From Deltaproteobacteria bacterium (GTDB lineage Bacteria > Desulfobacterota > Desulfobulbia > Desulfobulbales > JAJRZW01), in contig JAJRZW010000009.1 in NCBI GenBank assembly GCA_024275015.1, positions 22,500-86,499 on the forward strand: a stretch of DNA of 64,000 bases, written 5' to 3'. Positions 1 to 9,270 of this stretch are shown here, one piece after another (position 1 is the first letter of the stretch; every line of letters begins with the position of its first letter). The notes below the pieces were generated by a model, which did no database searches, was not told the DNA's origin, and saw nothing but the letters and a program-made list of their open reading frames with translations. Position numbers and translations under genes: made by a program.

Positions 1-1497
1 GCCTTAAGGCTGTTCCTCCATTCATCCCGACTCAACCTGCCGGTGCACTATCAAAGCAGAAAACTGATCCACGACCACCTCGATCTCCTGTGCGCCAACC
101 GCGAACGCCGCCGCCTCACCACCCCCTTTGTCGACCTCATCGCCAATGGTGACGCCACTACCATGCAACGCCTGCTGGACACCGGCCTGATCAGCGCCAT
201 GATCCCCGAATTCAAACGGATCGAGGCCCTGGCCCAGCACGACATCTACCACCTGTATACCGTTGACCTGCACCTGCTGGCCTGCGTCGCCGAGCTCAGA
301 CGGCTGAAGACCGTGGAAAAAGAAATCTTCACCGGCCTCAGACAGCCCCGGGTCCTCTTCCTTGCCGGGCTCCTGCATGACATCGGCAAGGGCGGCGGCC
401 ATGACCACTGCCTTGAAGGCGAAAAAATCATCAGGGAAATCGGCGCCCGCCTCAACCTCTCGCCACCCGAAACCGAAAGCCTGGCCTTTCTCGTCCGCCA
501 CCATCTCTTCCTGAGCCACATGGCTCAGAGCCGCGACCTTGAAGACGAAGAATTCATCCGCGACTGCGCCGATAAAATCCGCGATCCCGACCGACTCAAT
601 ATGCTCTACCTCCTTTCCATCGCCGACGCCCGCGCCACCGGCCCCGCGGCCTGGAACGACTGGAAGGCGGCACTGCTGCAAGACCTTTACCTGAAGATAA
701 CCCACACCCTGGACGCGAAAGAGATCAGCGGTCCCGACCTCGCCTCCGCGACCGAATGGATGCGGACCAAGCTCAAGAAGGAGCTCCCGGCCGGGATTAA
801 CTTTGACCTCAGCGCCCTGCCGGACGCCTACCTCCTCAACTTCTCGCCCCGGACGGTTGCCGGGCATATAGCCGCGCGCCGGAACCTTGACGGCCAGGCG
901 GCAATCATCCACCCCGAGAACAAGGGCTCACACTGGTCGATCACCATAATCTGCCGCGACCGCACCGGACTTCTGGCAAGGATATGCGGCTGTCTGGCCC
1001 TGAACAATCTCCGGATACGCGCCGCCCTTATCCACACATGGAAAGACTCCACCGTAGTTGACCAGATCGAGGTAAAACCTCAATTCAATCACGATTTCTC
1101 CTCCCAGGACTGGCAGCGTCTCGAAGCCGACGTCAACCTCAGCCTCAACAACAGACTGGGGCTGGAATTCCGCCTGGCGGAAAAGGCCCGTGGCACCAGG
1201 ACGCCCCTTCCCGGAGGCGACAACAATAAGGTTGTCGTTGACAATTCGGTCGCTGCCGCATATACCCTGATTGAGGTTTTCAGCCCTGAAATCCCCGGGT
1301 TACTCTATTCAATCACCCGAGCGCTGGCCGATTTCGGCCTCAGTATTCACCGGGCCATCATTTCCACCCGGACGGACATGATGGTCAACGTCTTCTATGT
1401 GATAGACGAATTCGGCAACAAGATTGTCGACCCCGAGCTTGTAAAAGAGGTGCGTGCGAGCCTGTTGTTCGCGGCGTCGCGTCATTTTTTTAAATAG
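1..1497 (+). CDS. glnD: [Protein-PII] uridylyltransferase/uridylyl-removing enzyme, C-terminal portion (5' end outside window)
   Basis: Frame of ORF 43..1497 stays open back to nt 1. HD-domain signature LLHDIGKG and two ACT-like C-terminal modules. Lies 55 nt upstream of glnA. Confidence 0.8.
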   Translation, partial: ALRLFLHSSRLNLPVHYQSRKLIHDHLDLLCANRERRRLTTPFVDLIANGDATTMQRLLDTGLISAMIPEFKRIEALAQHDIYHLYTVDLHLLACVAELRRLKTVEKEIFTGLRQPRVLFLAGLLHDIGKGGGHDHCLEGEKIIREIGARLNLSPPETESLAFLVRHHLFLSHMAQSRDLEDEEFIRDCADKIRDPDRLNMLYLLSIADARATGPAAWNDWKAALLQDLYLKITHTLDAKEISGPDLASATEWMRTKLKKELPAGINFDLSALPDAYLLNFSPRTVAGHIAARRNLDGQAAIIHPENKGSHWSITIICRDRTGLLARICGCLALNNLRIRAALIHTWKDSTVVDQIEVKPQFNHDFSSQDWQRLEADVNLSLNNRLGLEFRLAEKARGTRTPLPGGDNNKVVVDNSVAAAYTLIEVFSPEIPGLLYSITRALADFGLSIHRAIISTRTDMMVNVFYVIDEFGNKIVDPELVKEVRASLLFAASRHFFK

Positions 1498-1552
1498 TTT
1501 TTCTGTGCCGGCCACCGCCGGACCAACCAACAAAACTTACAGGAGAGGCAAG

Positions 1553-2881
1553 ATGACCAAAAAAGACATCCTCAAAATCGTGGAAGAAGAAAACGTCAAC
1601 TTCTTCCGCCTGCAGTTCGCCGATGTGTTAGGGAACATGAAGAATATCGCCATTCCCCGGAGCCAGATCGAAAAGGCCCTGGACGGACAGATGATGTTCG
1701 ACGGCTCTTCGATCAACGGCTTCGTTGACATCGACGAGAGTGACATGTACCTGAAACCGGACTACGACACATTCACCGTCCTTCCCTGGCGGAACAAGGA
1801 CGGGGTTGCCGCGGCCCGGATCATCTGCGACATCCACCTCCCCGATGGATCCCCCTTTGCCGGCTGCCCCCGCAACAACCTCAAGCGGGTTCTGGCCGAG
1901 GCAAAAAAGATGGGATACACCATGAACGTCGGCACCGAGTGTGAATTCTTCCTGTTCAATAAGGACGATTTCGGCGATTCAACCACCGATACCAACGACA
2001 CCGCGGGTTACTTCAGCGTTGATCCCGAAGACCACGGCATCGACTGCCGCCGCGAGATCATCGAGACCCTGGAAAAAATGAATTACGAGATCGAGGCCAG
2101 TCACCACGAGGTCGCCGAGGGGCAGCACGAGATCAACTTCAAATACTCCGACGCCCTCACCGCCGCCGACAATACCATCACCTTCAAATGGGTGGTCAAG
2201 ACCATTGCCGCCAAATACGGTCTCCACGCCACCTTTATGCCCAAACCGGTCTTCGGCATAAACGGCACCGGGATGCACACCAACCAGTCGCTGTTCAACC
2301 TTGATGGCTCCAACGCCTTTTACGACAAAAAAGGTCCGCTTGAACTCTCCAAGACCGCTTATCAGTACATCGCCGGGGTCTACAAAAACGCCCGCGCCTT
2401 TGTCGCGGTGACCAACCCGACCGTCAATTCCTATAAGCGTCTGGTTCCCGGTTACGAGGCCCCCTGCTATGTCGCCTGGTCCGCGTCCAACCGCAGCGCC
2501 CTGATGCGAATTCCCGCCTCCCGGGGCATGGGTACCCGGGTCGAGGTTCGCTGCCCCGACCCCACCTGCAACCCCTACCTAGCCATGGCAATGATGCTCA
2601 ACGCCGGTCTCGACGGGATCAAAAACAACCTGACCCCGCCGCCCTCCACCGATGCCAATATCTTCGCCATGACCGAGGGCCAGATGCGCCGGGCCAAGAT
2701 CAAAAGCCTCCCCGGCAACCTCCGCGAGGCCTTGGACGAACTCAAGAAAAGCAAACTCGCCCGCGAGACCATGGGCGAACACATCTTTGATAAATACATC
2801 GCCAACAAGGAAAAGGAATGGGATAATTTCCGCATCGCGGTGACCGACTGGGAGATCGAAAACTACCTCGATCTCTATTAA
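1553..2881 (+). CDS. glnA: Glutamine synthetase, type I
   Basis: ORF 1454..2881; ATG at 1553 preceded by AGGAGAGG. GS motifs FRLQFADVLG, NGTGMHTNQS, NSYKRLVPGYEAP. Confidence 0.93.
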   Translation: MTKKDILKIVEEENVNFFRLQFADVLGNMKNIAIPRSQIEKALDGQMMFDGSSINGFVDIDESDMYLKPDYDTFTVLPWRNKDGVAAARIICDIHLPDGSPFAGCPRNNLKRVLAEAKKMGYTMNVGTECEFFLFNKDDFGDSTTDTNDTAGYFSVDPEDHGIDCRREIIETLEKMNYEIEASHHEVAEGQHEINFKYSDALTAADNTITFKWVVKTIAAKYGLHATFMPKPVFGINGTGMHTNQSLFNLDGSNAFYDKKGPLELSKTAYQYIAGVYKNARAFVAVTNPTVNSYKRLVPGYEAPCYVAWSASNRSALMRIPASRGMGTRVEVRCPDPTCNPYLAMAMMLNAGLDGIKNNLTPPPSTDANIFAMTEGQMRRAKIKSLPGNLREALDELKKSKLARETMGEHIFDKYIANKEKEWDNFRIAVTDWEIENYLDLY

Positions 2882-3032
2882 CAGTCCGTTGAAAAACAGG
2901 CTGGTCGCGGCTGATGTCCGCGCCGCCGATTTTGCCGGATTGAAAAAACCGATGAAATCGAGAGGTTGGCCGGAACTTGTTTTGGCCAACCGGAGAGAAA
3001 AAGTCAGAACGACTTTTTCAACGGCCTGTTAA
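2878..3032 (+). repeat. Family A structured repeat (MITE-like), copy A1, full length
   Basis: Starts TTAACAG and ends CTGTTAA. Five hairpins. Its TAA (2879-2881) is the glnA stop codon. Confidence 0.85.
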
Positions 3033-3067
3033 CATCCAGATGTAACCAAAGCGCAGCAACCCGAAAA

Positions 3068-3104
3068 CCGTCCCCGGAAGCGTACGCCCGGGGGCGGTTT
3101 TTTT
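3068..3104 (+). terminator. Rho-independent terminator of glnA
   Basis: CCGTCCCCGG / CCGGGGGCGG stem (one G-T pair) followed by T7. Confidence 0.7.
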
Positions 3105-3491
3105 ATCCCGGAACCAAGCCATGAAACCCTTCGCGGCTAACGAGTCCGTATTAGAAATCTTCCGGGCAACAGACACCCTCTGTAAGCGAGAGCTTTTTGC
3201 TCAGGTATTTATTTTTCAGTTTCCCACTCCGGCCCCCCCTGTGTCAGAACAACAGATGTCGGCCTGTGATGACAGGACTTTGGCCTGACCGCTGAAATCC
3301 CAGGCACCCTGCGGGCTTCCTCCATTTCAGCAGCCGAATGACACGTACAGAGAGATGATGATTTTTCTGATCATCCTGTTTCTTTACCCAATGCCCGGGG
3401 TGCCAATTTCAGGTTGTCATTCCGACCGCCTGTGCTTTCCCCGCTGTGTCAGGTACTCAAGCGCGAAAGACAATTCATTCCCACGGCGCAA

Positions 3492-4268
3492 TCAGACAAA
3501 CAACATCCAGCATATCCTCACCGCAGCCAGGGCGATGAAGCTGGCGAGTATCCGACGCAGGGTTATTATCGGCAGGCGGTGACTGGTAAGACCGCCAAGC
3601 CAGGTTGCGGCAGGAACGGTGAGCGCGATTGGCAGGACAAGGGCCCAGGCGATCTGGCCGGTTGCGGCCTTGGCGATGAAGGCCGCCAGGGTCGAGGCCA
3701 TTACGATGGCAAGGTTTGAGCCGATGGCAATCCGGCTGGGAATTTTAACAAATTTGGTCATCAGGGGGATGAGGATGAACGAGCCCCCCTGCCCAACCAT
3801 GCCGCCGCAGAGACCCACAGCCGTAGCGGTGATCACCGCCCGGAGACGACTGAAATCGATCCCGGCCGCGTCCGGATGTTCTTCCTCGTTTTTTACCGGG
3901 CAGCAGGTCATGATAGCGGCGGCAACGGCCAGAACCGCGAAAAGGGCCAACAGAACCCGGTTCGCGACCAAAACCGCGACCGCGCCGCCAATAGCGGCAG
4001 CGACAAAAATGGTCGCCCCCATCCACAGAGCGAGAGATGTCGATACCGCCTTGAAACGATTATGCACCAAAGTGCCGCTTACGCAGGCAATGAGTCCCTG
4101 GACGATAGTCAACCCGGCCACCACCCGCATCGACAGTGACGCGATACCGAAGAGCGGTGGGACAAAGAGAAGAAGCGGGGCCATGATGATCCCGCCACCG
4201 ATCCCCAATAGCCCGGAGAGATAGCCCACCACAACTCCGAGGACGCCGGTTAAGACAATGAGTTCCAT
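3492..4268 (-). CDS. TauE/SafE-family (sulfite exporter-like) membrane protein
   Basis: 258 aa, polytopic, Gly-rich TM helices (GLLGIGGGIIMAPLL). Confidence 0.7.
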   Translation of the reverse strand: MELIVLTGVLGVVVGYLSGLLGIGGGIIMAPLLLFVPPLFGIASLSMRVVAGLTIVQGLIACVSGTLVHNRFKAVSTSLALWMGATIFVAAAIGGAVAVLVANRVLLALFAVLAVAAAIMTCCPVKNEEEHPDAAGIDFSRLRAVITATAVGLCGGMVGQGGSFILIPLMTKFVKIPSRIAIGSNLAIVMASTLAAFIAKAATGQIAWALVLPIALTVPAATWLGGLTSHRLPIITLRRILASFIALAAVRICWMLFV

Positions 4269-4282
4269 CCCGTCCCGATCCT

Positions 4283-5335
4283 CTATACCACCCTGATTCC
4301 GACGCGCCCCTCGACTACCTCGCCGATGGCGGCCGCCGTCACCCCTGCGACCGTGAGTTCGGCAACCAGGGTCGCAGCATCTGCGGCGGCAAGCGACAAC
4401 AGCAACCCCCCTGAAGTCTGGGGATCGTAAAGCAATTCCTCCGCGCTTTTGCTCAGTCTGGTCTCGACCGCAAGCGGATACCCGGCAACCATGGCCCGGT
4501 TGGCCTTATTGCTGCCGGTGGTCTCACCCTTTTCATACATTTCAAGGGCTCCGGGATAAAAGGGCAGCTTCTCGTACTCGACCACCACCCCGGTTTTCGC
4601 CCCCAGGGCCACCTCAAGCAGATGGCCGAGGATCCCGAAACCGGTGATGTCAGTGCAGGCATGGATGTCGAAGTTAAGGGCAATATCCATCGCCTTGCCG
4701 TTTAAGGCCGCAATCTGCGGCAAAGTCTCGCGTTCGAGCTCGGCAAAAGGATATTTCCCGCTGCGCACAGCATTAAACAACACCCCGCTGCCAATGGCCT
4801 TGGTCAGGACAAGGACGTCACCAACCCGGGAACCAGCGTTGGTGATGATCTTTTCCGGATGCACCAACCCGTTGACACAGAGGCCGTATTTGGGCTCATC
4901 GTCGTCAACCGTATGACCGCCCACCAGAACCGCCCCGGCCTCGACCACCTTGTCGTGACCGCCCTTCAATATCTCCCGCAGTATCCCCATGTCGAGATGG
5001 CCGGCCGGGAACATCACCACATTTAAGGCGGTAAGGGGTATCCCGCCCATGGAATAGACATCGGAGATGGAATTCGCCGCCGCCACCTGGCCGAACCAAT
5101 ACGGGTCATCCACCGGCGGGGTGATAAAATCAATGGTGTTGATCATCGCCTGCTCATCGTTAAGCCGATAAACCGCAGCATCGTCAGCGGTCTCAATGCC
5201 GACGAGGAGGTTCTTGTCATCAGGGGGAGTTAGCCCTTTAAGCGCGTCCGACAGATCCGCCGGACCGATTTTGGCAGCTCAACCGCAGGTCCGGGCCAGC
5301 CCGGTCAGAGTTTTTTTCTTCCTGAAGATAGCCAT
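4283..5335 (-). CDS. selD: Selenide, water dikinase (selenophosphate synthetase), selenocysteine-containing
   Basis: ORF 4283..5146 continues upstream in frame through TGA (5279..5281) to ATG 5333..5335, with a GGAGGG SD. N-terminus is MAIFRKKKTLTGLARTCG-U-AAKIGPADL, so Sec sits 3 residues before the conserved Lys, where E. coli SelD has Cys17. 1053 nt = 351 codons. Confidence 0.9.
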
Positions 5336-5468
5336 ATCACCCTCCTTCACTATTGAATAATCCACCGAAACAACCAAAACAGCTGTCTCTCTTGATATAA
5401 AGATAACCAATGATTTAAATTAAATCAATCAGGAGAATCTATAAAGATCCGGCGGAGTCACTTGACGA

Positions 5469-6818
5469 TTAATCCCGGAGGGAGAATTTTTCCATACGAT
5501 AGAGAAGGATATGACGCTCAACCCCAAGAAGACGGGCGGCCGCGGCCCGGTTGCCATCGGCCTTGACCAGGGCCCGGCGGACGAGTTCCTTTTCCACCGC
5601 CTCAAGACTGATACCGGAATCAGGAATATCAGGAAGGCAGAAACTACCACCCCCTCCGTCAGAGGAGCCGAGGGCGAGGTCATTGACATCAATCATCTCG
5701 CTGCGGCGCAAAATCAGAGCCCGCTCGACCACATTCTGCAGTTCACGAATATTCCCGGGCCAGTCGTGTCCCTGCAGCCGTTCCATGGCCGCAGGGCTCA
5801 GAGCGACCCCGGCCGGAGCCCCGAACTTACGCAGGAATACCGCGACCAGTGGGGGGATATCGTCCCGACGGCGGCGTAGCGGCGGCAGACGCAGTTCCAC
5901 CACCGCCAGGCGGTAATAGAGGTCTTCACGGAAGGCCCCTCCGGCGACCATCGTCTGGATGTCTCGGTTGGTGGCGCAGATAATCCGCACATCCACCACC
6001 TCCGGGGTCTCACCCCCCACCGGTTCCACCTCCCGTTCCTGCACCGCCCGCAGGAGCTTGGCCTGGGTCGAAAACTCAAGTTCACCGATCTCGTCTAAAA
6101 ACAGGGTTCCGTGCCGGGCCAACTGAAAACGGCCGCGACGGTCTTTTACCGCGCCGGTAAAAGCACCCTTTTTATGACCAAAGAGTTCCGACTCGATCAG
6201 GCCCGCGGGGATGGCGGCACAATTAACCGCAACCAGCGGGCCATTATTACGCTCACTCAATTGATGGATATAGCGGGCCATGACTTCCTTGCCGGTCCCC
6301 GATTCGCCGGTAATCAGAACCGTGGCCTCGCTTTTCGCCACCTTTGCCGCGGTGGCAAGGACCTCCCGCATCACGGGGGTCACGGCGACCATGTCACCGC
6401 TGCCGGTAATTCGCTTCATCTCCTCGTCAAGCTGACGACTCTTGGCCTTCAGGGTCGAAACCTCCACCGCCTTACGGCAGGCGGCCCGCAGGGCCTCGCG
6501 GTCAAAGGGCTTGGCCAGAAAATTAAAGGCCCCGCCGCGCATGGCCTCCACCGCCATATCAATGGAACCAAAAGCGGTGATGACGATCACCGGGGTATCG
6601 GGAGATTCCTCCTTGATCCGGGCCAGGAGATCAAGGCCGTCGATATCGCCAAGACGGACGTCGGTCACCACCACGTCGGGACGATTTTTCCTGAAAAGCC
6701 GCAGACCTTCACCACCGTCCGCCGCTCCGACAGCCCGGAATCCGCCGGTCTCGAGGTTATGCAGGGTGACGGTGCGAAGGCTGTCGTCATCGTCTATGAG
6801 CAGAACGGTCGCAATCAT
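5469..6818 (-). CDS. Sigma-54-dependent two-component response regulator (NtrC/AtoC family)
   Basis: Receiver domain; AAA+ domain with GESGTGKE and GAFTGA; C-terminal HTH. Confidence 0.9.
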   Translation of the reverse strand: MIATVLLIDDDDSLRTVTLHNLETGGFRAVGAADGGEGLRLFRKNRPDVVVTDVRLGDIDGLDLLARIKEESPDTPVIVITAFGSIDMAVEAMRGGAFNFLAKPFDREALRAACRKAVEVSTLKAKSRQLDEEMKRITGSGDMVAVTPVMREVLATAAKVAKSEATVLITGESGTGKEVMARYIHQLSERNNGPLVAVNCAAIPAGLIESELFGHKKGAFTGAVKDRRGRFQLARHGTLFLDEIGELEFSTQAKLLRAVQEREVEPVGGETPEVVDVRIICATNRDIQTMVAGGAFREDLYYRLAVVELRLPPLRRRRDDIPPLVAVFLRKFGAPAGVALSPAAMERLQGHDWPGNIRELQNVVERALILRRSEMIDVNDLALGSSDGGGGSFCLPDIPDSGISLEAVEKELVRRALVKADGNRAAAARLLGVERHILLYRMEKFSLRD

Positions 6819-6841
6819 ACTGCGCCTGTCTCCTTTACGGG

Positions 6842-7987
6842 TTAACCACCTTTAACCTTTACGTCCCCGGCACAGCCGGACTCCGGCATGGAAACAGTAA
6901 AGGCGGCACCGCCCAAATCACTCTTTTTTACCGCGATCACACCACCGCAGGCGGCGACCAGACGGCTGGTGATGGCAAGCCCAAGACCGGTACCGCCTTC
7001 CCTGCCACTGTGAAAGGGCTTGAATATCTCCTGCCGCAACTCCTCGGGAACTCCGGGGCCGTCATCAGCGACCTCGATCCTCAGCCCCCGACCCTCAAAC
7101 CAGGTCCTTATCCGCACCATACCGCCCTCGCCCACCGCTTCACAGGCATTGAGAAGAAGGTTCAGAAGCACCTGACTGAAACGATCGGCCGGAACCTGCA
7201 ATTTCCCGGTGTCCGGGGAGACAAAAGTCTCAAGCGTAACCGTTTTGCGCTCCAGTTGTCCACTGATGAGAGAGGTGGTGCGCGACAGGATGGAACGCAA
7301 TTGTTCCTGTCCCTCCTCCCCCGACGGAGATTCATTGCGGCGGGAATAGCTGAGGACGTTATTAACCGCAGTGGCGAGACGATCGGTCTCTTTCAGCAGG
7401 ATTCCGGCAAACTCCCGTTTCGGATGGTCCGGCCCCATGTCGTCAAGAATTATCTCGACAGTACCGCGAATGGCGGCAAGAGGATTCTTGATCTCATGGG
7501 CCACCGAGGCGGAAAGCTCACCCAGGGCGCTCATCTTCTGGCTCGCGGCAAGCTGACTCTCAAGTTCAATCAAAAGGGCGCTCTCCCGGTGGAGGCGGGC
7601 GTATGATTCCTCAAGACGGACCGATATCTCCTGGTAACGGCGGCGGAGGCGGCTTTCCCGGTCAGCAATCCAGCCCACCAGCAGCCCGGCGCCTAAATAA
7701 AGAGGAATCTCGGTGGCCTCGGCCAGAAAAACGGTGGAGCCACGACCGGAAAAATGCCAGAGATGGGGAATAAAGGCGACACAGGCAAGAAGGGAAAATA
7801 CCACTCCGCCCCGAAGACCGAACCACACCGCGCCAATTACAATGGGAAGATAACTCAGGCGACGGTAGAGGGTGTGCCAGAACCAGTACGAGGTCGGGGT
7901 CACGGTATGAAGCACCCCTACCACCGTTACCATGACGAAAAGTAACCAAAACCACGCCCTGGTCATTTTTTCACTTTTCTTTTCCAT
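6842..7987 (-). CDS. Membrane sensor histidine kinase
   Basis: N-terminal multi-TM region; H-box HEIKNPLAAI; HATPase_c (GTGLGLAI). Directly upstream of the response regulator. Confidence 0.85.
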   Translation of the reverse strand: MEKKSEKMTRAWFWLLFVMVTVVGVLHTVTPTSYWFWHTLYRRLSYLPIVIGAVWFGLRGGVVFSLLACVAFIPHLWHFSGRGSTVFLAEATEIPLYLGAGLLVGWIADRESRLRRRYQEISVRLEESYARLHRESALLIELESQLAASQKMSALGELSASVAHEIKNPLAAIRGTVEIILDDMGPDHPKREFAGILLKETDRLATAVNNVLSYSRRNESPSGEEGQEQLRSILSRTTSLISGQLERKTVTLETFVSPDTGKLQVPADRFSQVLLNLLLNACEAVGEGGMVRIRTWFEGRGLRIEVADDGPGVPEELRQEIFKPFHSGREGGTGLGLAITSRLVAACGGVIAVKKSDLGGAAFTVSMPESGCAGDVKVKGG

Positions 7988-8013
7988 CCGACCGTTTCTC
8001 CGCCGAGGTCATC

Positions 8014-8037
8014 ACCGTTTTTCAACGGTCTGTTTAA
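8014..8037. repeat. Solo family A end (hairpin H1 plus CTGTTTAA)
   Basis: ACCGTT-tttc-AACGGTCTGTTTAA. Confidence 0.5.
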
Positions 8038-8077
8038 TGATACCCCTTTGTCAAATCATTTAAAACCAGGGAGAGCT

Positions 8078-8143
8078 GTTTACGATTGACAGTTTGCGGT
8101 TTACAGTGTTGAAGAGGAAACAACAATCGTAAACCGTAAACTG
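8078..8143. promoter_or_regulatory. GTTTACG-type heptad array plus inverted partial copy, immediately upstream of the Rrf2 gene (candidate operator)
   Basis: GTTTACG ATTGACA GTTTGCG GTTTACA at 8078-8105. Inverted partners are CAATCGTAAAC (8124-8134) and GTAAACCGTAAACTG (8129-8143). A second array lies at 58082-58109. Confidence 0.3.
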
Positions 8144-8150
8144 TTTTTTC

Positions 8151-8567
8151 ATGTTATCACTGAGCGCAAAAAGCATCTACGGCCTCAAGGCCACCCTGCT
8201 GCTGGCCGAATACCACGACCAGGGACGGCTGGCAATCCGCGAGATCGCTACCCGGCGCAATATCCCCCGGCAATATCTTGAGCAGATATTCAACCAGCTC
8301 ACCCGGGCCGGAATAATCAAAAGCGTCCGGGGCAAATTCGGCGGCTACCAGTTAGCGCAACCACCCAAAAATGTGATGGTCAGCGAAATCATCGCCACCC
8401 TCGAGGGCAGTATCGAACTGGCCCCGGACGACAACGATCCCGCCGACGTTATCGCCGACCTGCTGACCCGGGCCGAAGAGGCCCTGGCCGGGGTATTCTC
8501 CCTCTCCCTTGCCGAGTTGGCCGAGATGGCAAGAAAAAAACGCCAGGTCATCAACTTCAACATCTGA
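8151..8567 (+). CDS. Rrf2-family transcriptional regulator
   Basis: 138 aa; N-terminal wHTH typical of Rrf2/IscR-like proteins (SAKSIYGLKATLLLA...IPRQYLEQIFNQL). Confidence 0.85.
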   Translation: MLSLSAKSIYGLKATLLLAEYHDQGRLAIREIATRRNIPRQYLEQIFNQLTRAGIIKSVRGKFGGYQLAQPPKNVMVSEIIATLEGSIELAPDDNDPADVIADLLTRAEEALAGVFSLSLAELAEMARKKRQVINFNI

Positions 8568-8611
8568 CCCCCCCTGTCTTAATCTCACCCGATATTACCA
8601 AGATTGATGGC

Positions 8612-8727
8612 GTCGTAAGAATTCCGATCTCCGGCGTCGTAGCGCATTTTTGTTCGCTCGATCCCGCCATGGCGGGATATGGCCTCGCTCACAAAATACA
8701 CTACTCCTTGTATATCGAAATTCTTAC
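8612..8727. repeat. Small palindromic element with ends related to family B
   Basis: GTAAGAATT / AATTCTTAC ends. Internal perfect 18-bp palindrome ATCCCGCCATGGCGGGAT (8661-8678). Single copy in window. Confidence 0.35.
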
Positions 8728-8762
8728 TTAGCTATCCCATTACTTTTTACAGGACCAAGATT

Positions 8763-8956
8763 GACAGACTCGTAACAATTCCCCGCGTAGGCGTCTTCGG
8801 CGATTTCCGGAAAAAGCGGCGGGCGGCGGGATGCGTTAAAAAACCCCGCATGTCTGAGGGTTTAGCCCGAGTTCGGGGTTTTAGCAGCCCGCCGACCGGC
8901 GCTTTTTCCGGAAATCGCCGTTTCAAGCCGGAGCGGGGGATTGTTACGAGTTCATC
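8763..8956 (+). repeat. Family B foldback repeat, copy B1, full length
   Basis: CTCGTAACAAT...ATTGTTACGAG ends. Whole element self-complementary (for example a 20-bp perfect arm GGCGATTTCCGGAAAAAGCG). Confidence 0.85.
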
Positions 8957-9057
8957 AAGATTGATGATTTCACAAAAAACCCGTTGACTTTTTTTCGCCC
9001 CTGCTTTAAGCTTGATATACATGATCAGGTTAGTCAGAATTAAAAAGGAGCAAGAAA

Positions 9058-9270
9058 ATGCATATCACCGTTAACGGCGAAAGCAAAGAGTTCAACCAGG
9101 CTGAATTTTCCATCGCCGACCTCCTTGAAGAGGCTGAGGTTGATTCGCCGGAGATGGTTTCGGTCCAGGTAAACGGCAGTGTGATCGACCGTTCCCACTA
9201 CGCCGACACCACTCTCAAAGACGACGATGAGGTTGACTTTCTATACTTCATGGGCGGCGGCAGAAGGTGA
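9058..9270 (+). CDS. ThiS/MoaD-like sulfur-carrier protein with C-terminal extension (..FMGGG-RR)
   Basis: 70 aa with a ThiS-like sequence. The Gly-Gly is followed by two Arg residues. Neighbours are a MoeB-like E1 and a JAMM protease. Confidence 0.75.
   Translation: MHITVNGESKEFNQAEFSIADLLEEAEVDSPEMVSVQVNGSVIDRSHYADTTLKDDDEVDFLYFMGGGRR

Noticed and set aside
1454-1552. The upstream start of the glnA ORF (MRACCSRRRV...), which overlaps the glnD end.
   Set aside because: The extension is Arg/Cys-rich with no GS similarity. ATG 1553 has a strong SD and gives the canonical MTKKDILK.. N-terminus.
8597-8967. Direct repeats (A/T)CAAGATTGA(T/C) at about 8599, 8755 and 8955, flanking the two elements between the Rrf2 and thiS-like genes, read as target-site duplications.
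   Set aside because: Copy B2 has a related CAAGACAG next to the same terminus, so the motif may be a subterminal part of the element rather than duplicated target. B3 lacks it. This cannot be decided from three copies.
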